A stretch of 57,133 nt of DNA, filler included, from Sphacelaria rigidula (taxonomy: Eukaryota): the NCBI GenBank assembly GCA_964200075.2. It is 3 parts of 3 records of this genome, joined end to end, with 100 filler letters (N's around TTAATTAATTAA, not from the genome) between each part and the next. Parts side by side here need not be neighbours in the genome. Positions count along the whole stretch, not along the records: positions 38,174 to 57,133 come from CAXNAA020000756.1; 2 more parts are not named here. One strand, 5' to 3'. The first letter of the stretch is position 1. Every line of letters starts with the position of its first letter. The notes under the pieces were generated by a model, which made no database searches, had not been told where the DNA came from, and was given only the letters and a program-made list of their open reading frames with translations. Below are positions 38,074-48,600 of this stretch, piece after piece. The position numbers and the translations under genes were made by a program.

Positions 38074-38173
38074 NNNNNNNNNNNNNNNNNNNNNNNNNNN
38101 NNNNNNNNNNNNNNNNNTTAATTAATTAANNNNNNNNNNNNNNNNNNNNNNNNNNNNNNNNNNNNNNNNNNNN
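38074..38173. other. Artificial assembly linker/gap (N44-TTAATTAATTAA-N44)
   Basis: Identical in structure to 18993-19092. Confidence 0.97.
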
Positions 38174-38234
38174 GTGGGGGTCGGCGGGGGGGGGGGGGGG
38201 GCCCCTCCTTTTTTTCGTTTCCGTGGTGGACCCC

Positions 38235-38268
<34 letters not shown>

Positions 38269-38328
38269 TCGCGCGCCCTACAGCTCACTCCCCGCCCCGT
38301 CACTCCTCCAACCACGTCTTAGAAAAAG

Positions 38329-38945
38329 ATGGCTCCCCCCAAAACCAACAACGCGAGAGGCGAGAGGGAAAGCTAAGTCTGCAGCAGAAGAACCATTTAT
38401 TGTCGGCAACTTGGCCCTCCTCGACAACGAAGCGAAAGCCTTCGCTACACTATCCGAGTACGACAAAGATGCCCTTATGTCGCTCGACGGCGATACTTTC
38501 CAAACCGTCGTCGAAGAAATGATAAATGACGAACAATCGCACTACAAGTCGCATTCTCCCATGAGGAGGAAGAAGCAGGAAGATAATGTTTACAAGCAAG
38601 TGGCCACGTTTCAGATCCAGGCGGATCACGACGGCTGCATCGTCTGCGGCAACTTGATCCTCACGTGGTTCAAGTTCAATTACCTGTGCTCCAAGGGGGA
38701 TCTGCACAAACAGCAGTGGCCGCTGCCCACCTAGTATTATACCCCAATTCGAAGTCTTGAGTGAGAACCTCCAGCGTTTGGTACCCATGAACAAGGATGA
38801 TCTGCATCCAGTATCATGCTCCCAAACGTACCTGACATGGGGGCAACACCCCCGTACAAACAGTAGCAATGCTAGCGGATCCTACGTTCTGACAGTCTGT
38901 GACAGTCTGGCAGCCAGCAGGGTGGTTATGGTAGTGTCCTCCTAG
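38329..38945 (+). pseudogene. Frameshifted protein-like ORF of unknown (possibly transposon) origin
   Basis: Removing one C from the C-run after the ATG at 38329 gives MAPPKPTTREARGKAKSAAEEPFIVGNLALLDNEAKAFATLSEYDKDALMSLDGDTFQTVVEEMINDEQ... The frame stops at 38734 and protein-like text seems to continue in another frame. No family recognised. Confidence 0.3.
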
Positions 38946-41900
38946 CGATATCAACTTACAGTGCTCTGGAGCAGAGCTTGCAGGTGAATATTTCGGCGAT
39001 GGCCTCAGCTGAAATTCGCCCAGATGTTGCCCCTGCATTATATATGGAAAATGTACCCAACCGTGGAGAAAACAAATCTACAGACAGTACGAGCACGATG
39101 TGGAAAGTCTACTGCGCAATATCGAGTGTGCTGTGTGTGTTGTCCCATAAATTCTAGACGCCGGTCTCCACCTTTCGGTATATGTGGGCGCACCAGCCGC
39201 GGCTGTGTTACCATACAGCTTCGCCCAAGATCCAGGCAGCTATTACAGCGGCGGAGGCGACCTTTCACTCCTGCGTGCGCCACCTGGGGCAAACGCACGC
39301 TGTAGCTGCAACACGCACAGCTGTATAAAATGTGACGTAGCAATATAGCGCGTGACGAGGAGGTTTATATCCCGCGTACACCTTGGGCCGTGATACAACG
39401 ACTGGACTCATGATGTGGCGAACTGCAGAGGACATCGCGAAATCAATGCAGGACAGGGATAGACCAAGGATTCAACGTTCTGCGGTGTACTTTGTCACCC
39501 TGCACCCTGCCATTGTGCAGTAAGCAGGTAGCACCGCCGCAGGCGTCACGCCGCGGTTTGTACGAGGCTCCACACCCAAAGGGTAATCTCTGCATTGAAA
39601 TTCAAAAAAACGAACTAAATTAAATTACACGGGCGGAGCGCGTTATTTTCGAGCAGCACGCGCGCTAGCGTTTCCGTGTTGCCGACACCGCGCCAGTGCG
39701 CTTGTGCACTACAGCGTTGTACTCTCCTGTGGTAGCCCGTCACGGTATTTCTCCTCATGTTTCATGACGCTTTATTCAAAAGCACGCAGAAGAAATGCCA
39801 GCGAGTCCATCGTTGTTGCACTTGGAAGGTATGGTGTACCAGTTTCTCGATTTAGTACTGCCGCATGCTCCGGGCCGTACGAAGTAGTATACCGTACCAG
39901 TTAAAAAACGGATATGCATGAAATAAACGCCACCGACATGCTCTGGTTATCATGAACTGTACTGTGTACGAGGCGCGGGGACCTTAGTTTTTGGCAAGGA
40001 ATGCAACGACGCAACCATACTGCAGTACAGATAGTTTTTCATGCAACACGTGGTTCGGACGAGACACAAAACAAAGCATTTACATGATAATACCTGGGCG
40101 TTTTGGTACTGAAACGAGTCCCTCAGTCCCTCCACTACCTACCGTAAGGAGATGAATACCACGTCTAAATATATAATACGTTACGGGCAGACCTTCATTT
40201 TAGAGTAGGGGGCCCAGCCGAGACCACTCCGGGTCCACCGCCGAAATCCGAGACGGCAACGTCCCAAACACCGAAATAAATTGAAATTGGAAGCGCCCTG
40301 GACACAGGGCAATCTATGAAATTAGAGTAGTGCACCGTTTTGGTGGGTTGAATCTTCAAGAGTTGCGAGCGTAGGAAGCCACACTATACGGCCGCGACAA
40401 CGATATGGCGGAGCACGTGGGAATCCCGTCGCCACATGTGGAAGCGTTGAAGAGCGACCCATATGCAATTCACGTTCAGCTGGAAAAGGTGGCTGAGAAG
40501 CACGGCCAGGACGCTGCCAGGCGTGTTGCTGAAAAGCTGCAAGAGCGGTTGGGGCGGCCCATTGCCCTCCGGCTTACACTGCCCCCCCCGCTCGCTCACC
40601 AAACGTCAACACAGTAACCGCGGCAAGTGAAATCGCTGCTAGGCACGCAGGATTATGTAGGAGACACCAGGCGGACGTGGTTCCAAGCGTCCAGACAGGC
40701 GTTATACTAGCAAACGATCGACATCCGACCGGGACAGCCTTTCGCAACCAGCTCAATCCAACTACGCCTACAGTCGGTCAAAACACTCCACTACAGTCCA
40801 GTATAACTGAAAAGCGATGTTACGGTCTTGCATGCCAGAAGACAGAAGGTATGCAATATCATTGCATGAAACCCCAACGCCGCCCACGAGGACAGACAGT
40901 CCAAACACGATAGCGCCAGCCGGAGGAGTAGTATACCTCACGCAGCACAAAGTACGGCTGTGCAACGTTCAGGCATGACCAACCCGCAGTATAGGGGTGG
41001 TGTCGTGGAACGTGCGGCACAAAGCACAGGGATGAGGTGTACCATAGGATCACAGCCTACAAAGTGACAGCCTGTATCGGATAGCCAAAGTAACGGCCCC
41101 CGCCTACGCTGCACCAGGAGTATGTATAGCGGCGGGGTACATGACATTCTCGTCGCCGTCATGGAATGATCGAACCGCAGTATGGTGCGGTATAAACGCG
41201 TGCGGCAGAAAACAGTAGCAACAACGTAATCGTGAGATTGAGAGTAGAGCGCGGATTGAGAGTGGCATTCATGATTCGCTTTGACTTAGCCAATTTTTCA
41301 TTTCGTGCGCGCTTTTCTTTGCCTCTATCCCTGCGGTGTGCTTACAGCTACACGTCGATATCCTACTCAGGGATAGCAAGGACCTCAGTGGCAAGGTACT
41401 ACAGAAAGAATATCGGGCCTCGTGAAGGGGGCATTTCGGAACTGAAATGGTTCATTCACTGATTGACCTCTTTTCACTCTCAATCGTATCCTCCACTCTC
41501 GATCTCACGAGAACATTGTTTAGCGTGCATGACATGAGTTTATCCTTGACATGCTCAAAAAATATCATGATCACGCGCAGTGCAGAGGAGTAGGTGAGCA
41601 CATTCCCACAGGGCCTGACGGTGACTGTCTGCGATACAGACAGTAGACGGGGGGATAAATGGGGTAAATGTGCCGTCGGTGTCGCCTTTGTTTTTGCACC
41701 TTAGGAGCAGGCTTGGTATGACGCCGTGCAAAGCATCTACTGCAGGTGCGGCGTGAAGATTGCTTCACGAAAGGTCAACCCTGCACTCTGGCCGGGGTTA
41801 GAAAGTACCGACGGGTCGAACAATTCGTCATAGCCGTAAAATAGAGAACCGTGGGACCTTCTTTTCTTCCACGTTCCATTCGGCACTGGTCTAAAAAACA

Positions 41901-43126
41901 CGCTTTGGGCAGATCGTTCTCCAAAAGCTGTAGAAAAACAATCATTTCTTGCCCGATAAAACGTCGAATGTAAATCGTCAATTTCCCATCAACGGTTCCA
42001 AAAGGGTTAACTATCAAATGGGAGATCTTTGATTGCCATGTGCTGATTGTGGGTCACTTGAGTCTACACCTCCTCACAGGATTTCTGTATTGTGCATGGC
42101 ACGGGCTTGATTGGAAAATTTCGATTTTGAAACCCTGAACTCTGTTTAGGTCGCTATGCTTGTGAAGATGAGTTGGAATGTGGTCCATGGAAATCCCGAG
42201 ACCATCCTGCACAGACGAAAGGTGTCGGGGCGTGCTGGTTTGATGGGACGGGATTCCTCGCCAGGATTTCGCCGAAATGTTTTACCCACGTCACTTGCAC
42301 TTGGTTTCGATGGTACGGGCCGATGACAAAAGATTGGAGTTTGGGCTCTGTGGGGAAAGAGATGTCACCCCCCCTGCCTCTCTGGGTCAGCTTGGATCGC
42401 TTTCTTTTTGGATAGCTGCCCCAAAGACACGTGAAACATTTCCAACTAGTTTTGAAACATTCATAATCTTTTCACTAAAAGGGAGTAGCCGTGTCTCCCC
42501 GGGTGCGCCTGGACTTGTGTCGAGGCATCCTTGTTGGTATTGAGCCATGTTTCGTTCCCCTCGCTCCGAAATTATGGTCTATTGCGTACACGTCCATCTC
42601 ACTGTGAAGGCCAGCTTGTAGGAAGCGCAACCCTGTTAATGCCGCTACTTTTGTGTGAATCAGGACATTAATTCACGAGAGAGTCGTGAGCCTACATAGG
42701 AAAACCCTTCTCCATCGCAACGTTGTGAAAGGCAAAATATATCGAACACCTGAGCATGGCAATACACCCTGTTTCGAGACGAAGCTGGACAGGATCACGC
42801 TGTGAACAGATCGTCCAATAGCAGTGCCATGGTTTCTTGTGGAGTCCCACTACTACAACCCACCTACTCCTGGCCAATACGTGGCATATTGGTGCTAAAG
42901 CACCATGTCATTGCCCTTACGATGACCATATCTCGACAAAACCATGGTGAAACGTAGCTTGGGATATCAAGACCTTATACCCTCATAAACTATTTCTCAT
43001 CAGGACGATGAAATAACCCTCACCAGCCGCCTCTTGTTCGAAAGTGCTGACGTTTCCCTTAGCGCACGCCAGCATACTCCCCGCGGAGTCTCGACGTCAA
43101 AACCGGCATATAAAAAACATCATCGA

Positions 43127-45049
43127 TTATCTGCCAGGCGTCCAAGAAGAGGGACCAGACGCTCCCAGCTCCAACTTCACATTTGACTTCTCCTCAGCAT
43201 CTGTAGCCTTCACGTCATCAAACGCGCCAATGAACCCAGGCATCGCTGCTGGCGAACGACATAGCCGTCCCGTACTCGAAACACAACCACTGATGCTGGG
43301 GCTGCCACCACTACCTACGCTCCACGAACTGTGCGAAGGGACAGTCTGCCTGCTATACTCTATTACCCCACCGACATCGTGTGCATCAGAAGGGACTGTC
43401 AGCTCTGACTTCAATTCTACCCGTAACCTTGCCGCTGGAGACACCTCGTCATCAAGCCCTGTGGGTAGCTGCCCCAAGAGCAACGGTGGTGTCGTACCAG
43501 CCCGCCTCGGACCTGGACACACTCTCCGGCGAGCACCAACACTGTGGCTCCCACCGGGAGCCGGCCATGCTGCGCGCTTGCGTTTTTTGTCTCGCACGTC
43601 AGCAACGCCGCCTCCACCGCTCTCCGTCGGGCCACGGCCGGAAGAGGCCACCCCAGTAGTGGGCTCTCCGGTATCGCTGACGTTGTGTGCGGTAGCATTC
43701 TGTGGGCAGGACTTTGCCTCATCAGGGCTGTGCCTCTCGAATAAATCCAACTTAGAAAATCCCTCTCTGCCTAGCCTTTGGGTGGTCACGTTTACCATAC
43801 TCACCCTGGCATGCTTGGCACAAAAATCCGCCTTCTTGCTTCCCGCTACACCAAAAGACGGACCCTTGGAACAGCCGTCGTTGCCGCACTTCTTACTCCT
43901 CACATTGACCATTCCCTTCCTGGCGTGCTTGGAGCAGAACTCCGCCTTCTTGCTTCCCACAACACCAAACCATGGTTGCTTGGAGCAGCCGTCGTTGCCG
44001 CACTTCTTACTCCTCACATCGACCATTCCCTCCCTGGCGTGCTTAGAGCAGAACTCCGCCTTCTTGCTTCCCACTACACCAAACCATGGTTGCTTGGAGC
44101 AGCCGTCGTTGCCGCACTTCTTACTCCTCACATCGACCATTTCCGCCGTGGCATGCTTGGAGCAAAACTCCGTCTTTTTGCTCCCCGCTATACCGAACAC
44201 CGGGGTTTTGGCGCAGCCGCCGTTGCCGCACTTCTTACTCTTTACATCGAGCATTCCCTTCCTGGCATGTTTGGAACAGAACTCTGCCTTCTTGCTTCCC
44301 GCTACACCAAACGATGGACGGCTGGAGCAGCCATCGTTGCCGCACTTCTTACTCACTACATCAATCATCCCCGCCGTGGCATGCTTGGCACAAAACTCCG
44401 CCTTCTTGCTTCCCGCTACACCGAACGACGGGATCTTAGCGCAGCCGTCGTTGCCGCACTTCTTAGTCCTCACATCGACCATTCCCTCCCTGGCGTGCTT
44501 AGAGCAGAACTCCGCCTTCTTGCTTCCCACTGCACCAAACCATGGTTGCTTCGAGCAGCCGTCGTTGCCGCACCTTTTATTCCTTACATCGACCATTTCC
44601 GCCGTGGCATGCTTGGCACAAAACTCCGCCTTCTTGCTCCCCGCTACACCAAACGATGGACGACTGGAGCAGCCGTTGTTGCCACATTTTTTTGTCACTA
44701 CATCAGTCATCCCCGCCGTGGCATGCTTGGAGCAGAACTCCGCCTTTTTGCTTCCCGCTACACCAAACCACGGGTACTTGGCGCAGCCGTCGCTGCCGCA
44801 CTTCTTACTCCTCACATCGACCATTCCCGCCGTGGCATGCGTGAAGCAGAACTCCGCCCTCTTGCTTCCCGCCACACCAAACGACGGTTGCTTGAAGCAG
44901 CCGCCGTTGTCGCACTTCTTCCTCATCACATCCACCATTCCCGCGCTGGCATGCTTGAAGCAGAACTCCGCCTTGTAGCCCTGTGAACCGTGCGTTGGGC
45001 GCTTGGAGCAGCCCTCGTTGCTGCATTTGCTTCTTGCCAAGTTGGCCAT
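43127..45049 (-). CDS. EsV-1-7 cysteine-rich repeat protein (11 tandem C-x4-C-x16-C-x2-H repeats), 640 aa, single exon
   Basis: ATG at 45049 (MANLARSKCSNEGC...). Repeat consensus KKCGNDGCSKQPSFGVAGSKKAEFCSKHATAGMVDVRS matches the EsV-1-7 motif, named after Ectocarpus siliculosus virus-1 ORF7 and expanded in brown algae. It is followed by a ~215-aa low-complexity tail and a TAA stop at 43127. Confidence 0.9.
   Translation of the reverse strand: MANLARSKCSNEGCSKRPTHGSQGYKAEFCFKHASAGMVDVMRKKCDNGGCFKQPSFGVAGSKRAEFCFTHATAGMVDVRSKKCGSDGCAKYPWFGVAGSKKAEFCSKHATAGMTDVVTKKCGNNGCSSRPSFGVAGSKKAEFCAKHATAEMVDVRNKRCGNDGCSKQPWFGAVGSKKAEFCSKHAREGMVDVRTKKCGNDGCAKIPSFGVAGSKKAEFCAKHATAGMIDVVSKKCGNDGCSSRPSFGVAGSKKAEFCSKHARKGMLDVKSKKCGNGGCAKTPVFGIAGSKKTEFCSKHATAEMVDVRSKKCGNDGCSKQPWFGVVGSKKAEFCSKHAREGMVDVRSKKCGNDGCSKQPWFGVVGSKKAEFCSKHARKGMVNVRSKKCGNDGCSKGPSFGVAGSKKADFCAKHARVSMVNVTTQRLGREGFSKLDLFERHSPDEAKSCPQNATAHNVSDTGEPTTGVASSGRGPTESGGGGVADVRDKKRKRAAWPAPGGSHSVGARRRVCPGPRRAGTTPPLLLGQLPTGLDDEVSPAARLRVELKSELTVPSDAHDVGGVIEYSRQTVPSHSSWSVGSGGSPSISGCVSSTGRLCRSPAAMPGFIGAFDDVKATDAEEKSNVKLELGASGPSSWTPGR
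43781..45031 (-). repeat. Coding tandem repeat: 114 bp / 38 aa EsV-1-7 units x11
   Basis: 1251 nt = one 37-aa unit plus ten 38-aa units, followed by a degenerate partial unit (QRLGREGFSK). Confidence 0.95.
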
Positions 45050-45424
45050 CAGCTTTCTCCTCGTGTGATATTTAAGAGCAAACTGCTCACAGTAGCACAG
45101 TTGACCAAGCGGGAGGGAGTTTGTATATAAGCTACTTGAGCTATTTCGTAGAACGAACGACATTCCTATTGCTGCACATGAACCGCAAGAACGGGAAATA
45201 CTCGCATCCACTTGAGTGACATTTCAATTAAACTGACCCACACAGCTGCAAACCTACTGCCCACCGTGATTTCAGGTGTTCCGACCTCTCTACACAATCA
45301 CAGCACGATTCAGAAGCGAAAGGGGCACTGGAAAAGTACCAAAGGAGAACGACCTTGTCCGAGAGAACGTTGGAAGCAAAATACCAACGCCACAGCGCGC
45401 CCACCGTAACAAAGAGCAAGAATG

Positions 45425-45600
45425 AGTTATTGATTGATCGATTGATTGGTCGTCACACTTTAACTCACGGCCCAGGGATCCAGTCGTGGTCACATGATAG
45501 ACGTACGAAACAAACCAAGACTGATACACTCGCTGGAGAAAAAAGAAGACAAAACAGAAAGGGTAGGACAGAACGATAGAGTAGACCGAGAATGAATAAA
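45425..45600 (-). mobile_element. Retroposon 3'-end remnant with (AATC)n tail upstream of the EsV-1-7 gene
   Basis: The reverse complement reads T-rich...gtacgtctatcatgtgaccacgactggatccc...gtgtgacgaccaatcaatcgatcaatcaat, homologous to 11049-11132 and 52436-52500. The far boundary is uncertain. Confidence 0.5.
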
Positions 45601-48600
45601 TACATGACGCATGCCAACATACAGAAGGCCTTACAGGTCAGATAGGACGAGCCAGCTGAGGAGTAGTTAGCAAGCTCAGCACTAGATAGCTTTGTCGGCG
45701 AAGTGAGTAACCGTGTTGCAACACCACGTACCTTATATACTCGGGTACGCACCCGTACGACCGCACTGTGGGGGGCAGTCGTGTTCGACACTCAACAGTA
45801 TCAGAAAATTGTACTTGCCGCATGATGGGGTCACAGCGATGCTCAAGCACCGAACAGGACAACTCGACGGCGGACGTATATTTCATGCGCCATATACATG
45901 ATCGCAGGAGCTCTGTGAACCTCTACATGGCATCGGATATTCATCTGTGTTTCATACACAGGAAATAGTGACGAAACAGAGGAGCATTTGAATGACTGCA
46001 TCAACGGTATAATCACATTTCCAAGGAAATTGTGCTGGGAGAACTTGATGGAATTAGCTACAGTTGCAAGACCCTGAAACCGCTGAACGAAATCCTACCT
46101 AGGCTGAGCGTGTTGTTGAGATGTGATCACTTTCCGGCCTTTGTGAAAGGTTCAGCACTTGCGCGGTGTACAGCGACTGCGCCCGATCGACGCACATTCG
46201 TGATACCTTCTCCAATCTGGTAAAACCTACCTATTATGAGACCAGAACTGAAATGGAACCTAGACAGTTGGCTTGAAATGCACCCATGTATACAAAACGT
46301 GTCGCTCTCGGTGTAACGACAACCTCAGTCCACATGATTTCATAGCCTGTCGCGACGCCACCATGGGAACAAAGATTCATGCATATACTACCGTCGGGAA
46401 CAGCTTCAACAAATTCGCGCAGGGGTCAAGAGGGGCCTGTGGGGCATGGGTAGGGCCGGCGTGTTATCCTTTGGGTTTCGGTGCAGGAAATGTATATGTG
46501 TGTTTCTTGCGCCGAGAAGGAACTATGTCGGACCCATTATGTGGAATCGGAACAACGCGCTACACACATCATTTTCGATCGGAACTCTCGAGGCACATTA
46601 CGTGGGGATGTGTTCTGCACCCGTTCTTCGATAAAACCACGAGGGAAACACATCTTCTCGCCTCATACGGCCCAGCGCAAAAGAGCGGCCGTCCCCCGAA
46701 AACCCGCAGTATCCTAGCTACTTAAACTAGATTTCGAGAGGTACATCCAGTTTTCTACATGCCCTTCGAATCGTTCCAACACCGGCATGAAATGCTGTTG
46801 CTCGGAACATCACGTAAAATCGAACTTGTTTCATGGCGAAATCATACATACCACTCGTGCTGAGGTTTACCGCAAACCGCACGCTCTGGACAACAGCACG
46901 TGCCCTGCCTCATCACAGAGGTCGCGGACAATGTCGCAATGAGCTCGACACGAGAGACCGCGCAGGTCCAAGACCAATCCGTTCGTTGGCGGAAGAGCAC
47001 TGAATAAAAGACAGTGGCATCGGATAGTGGGCTGGATGTGAGAAGGAAAACATGCGGAAAGAAAGACGGAAGCAACAGCCCCATTGTGGAAGAAACAAAA
47101 GCGTGCGTATGCGACAGCACACCAAAATGACCCTCGCCAACGCAGCCCTGATTAACTGCAATCGTTGTCTGAACCATTGACCACCAGAGTGAGCCATGTG
47201 TTGAGTCGGCATCACTTCCGCTTGAAATGTGCGTGCAAAGTCGATATCGCTTACCTTGACCGTCCAAAGGTCGGGCTCAAAAGCCCATACGGCGCTCGTT
47301 TGCTTCGTCTTGATCGATCTGGAAATATTAATTCCCTGAGAGAAACATGAGGTGCAAGGCATAAAGCGTTTGGCCGCTATTCAGTCGAGTCCGGTGTGCT
47401 TTATTCCACCGGAACGTAGCCGGTGTTGACGGAGTAGCAGCGATTTGGGTGGCTTTGAGAAAACGCTCGAGGGGAGTGTTGCTGCCCGTTTTATGTTGAT
47501 CATGGTCACGTCGAATATGAAAGGCCTTATTTCTTCACCATTTTGGCACCAGGAGAACCTGCCCATTGAACGGGTACAGTGGAATGCTCAAGACCTCCAC
47601 AGCAGTCTATCCCGTGTCTTGATGGAGGCTCTAAAATCTATCAAGTCTGCAAAGCCATTGCAGTGGGAGGCCATAGTATACCGGGTAGAGCATAGCATAT
47701 TCCGAAGTGTAGCTTTTTTGTGATCTCGTGTGGGCGGGTCGAAGCAGCTTGCAACAAAGCCTGGAACGAGCAAATTTTGATGAAATATCGATATCTCACG
47801 ATTCTCCTTGCATTGATTGTCGCACGAGTACCGTTCCCCGAGAGATCCAGAGATGACCGTACCCAAGGTGAACACAATGGCCGTTACACGTGTCTCTTCC
47901 CCGTGTCCGTTTTCCTGAACCTCGCGATGGTTATGGGAGGGTTGTGCCAAGTTCAAATATGGTCACGTGGCATCTACGCCATGTCTGTGTCTGGTTCGAT
48001 GATGGCCGTGTGGGACTTGTGCCCAGTCCAGAGATGACCGTGTCAGATTGATCTTCACACAGCTCATGATGCGTATTTTGAGCGACCATGCGTGTTTCCG
48101 TGCCTTCAGGATAATTAATTGCCATCCTTGGATGCACCTAGCTGTTCTCGGATACCTGTGATATGTTCCACAATAACAATCTAGGTCTGTCCTCGGCGCT
48201 GCTACCGCTGTCTAACAACCGCTGTTGATCGCGGTATCGAGATATTATTCACGGTGCCGGGCAAGTTTGCAAAATGCAGCAGTCATCGACCGCGGGACTT
48301 CGCGACGTCGTACTTCCCCTTCACAGCGTAGGGCGTACTGAGAACACCTTGTAACATGCCGTTCTAGCCCAACACCCCATGCCATCCTGCTCGAAGGGAC
48401 ATGTGCGATCCATACAACGAAAATAACGTGCGTGGGGATCCCATGCAACCTCAATTTTGAAGTGTTTATGATCCGGCATTTTGATCTTCTTGTTGCTTGA
48501 AATTTGTGACGGCGGCTTCGAGACAAGTACAAACATAAATTTCAAAACAGCAATACAAAGCAAAATTGTGTCGTCGTATTATAGATTTTTCGGCATATAC

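Noticed and set aside
40405-40617. 70-aa protein-like ORF (MAEHVGIPSPHVEALK...)
   Set aside because: Short, no recognisable motif, and no supporting exon chain, so it cannot be supported from sequence alone.
43044-44978. 644-aa plus-strand ORF (and the 402-aa ORF at 43778) overlapping the EsV-1-7 gene
   Set aside because: Explained by antisense reading of a repetitive CDS poor in TTA/CTA/TCA codons. They have non-ATG starts and no recognisable domain.
43781-45031. Possible CRISPR-like array (also considered for the 54/165/249-bp repeats)
   Set aside because: Unit lengths are multiples of 3 and protein-coding, with no unique spacers and no cas genes, in a eukaryotic context.
45050-45211. Upstream extension of the EsV-1-7 ORF from a GTG start
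   Set aside because: In a eukaryote the first in-frame starts are ATGs. The ATG at 45049 directly precedes repeat 1 and has AT-rich TATA-like sequence upstream. An upstream in-frame ATG near 45163 cannot be fully excluded.
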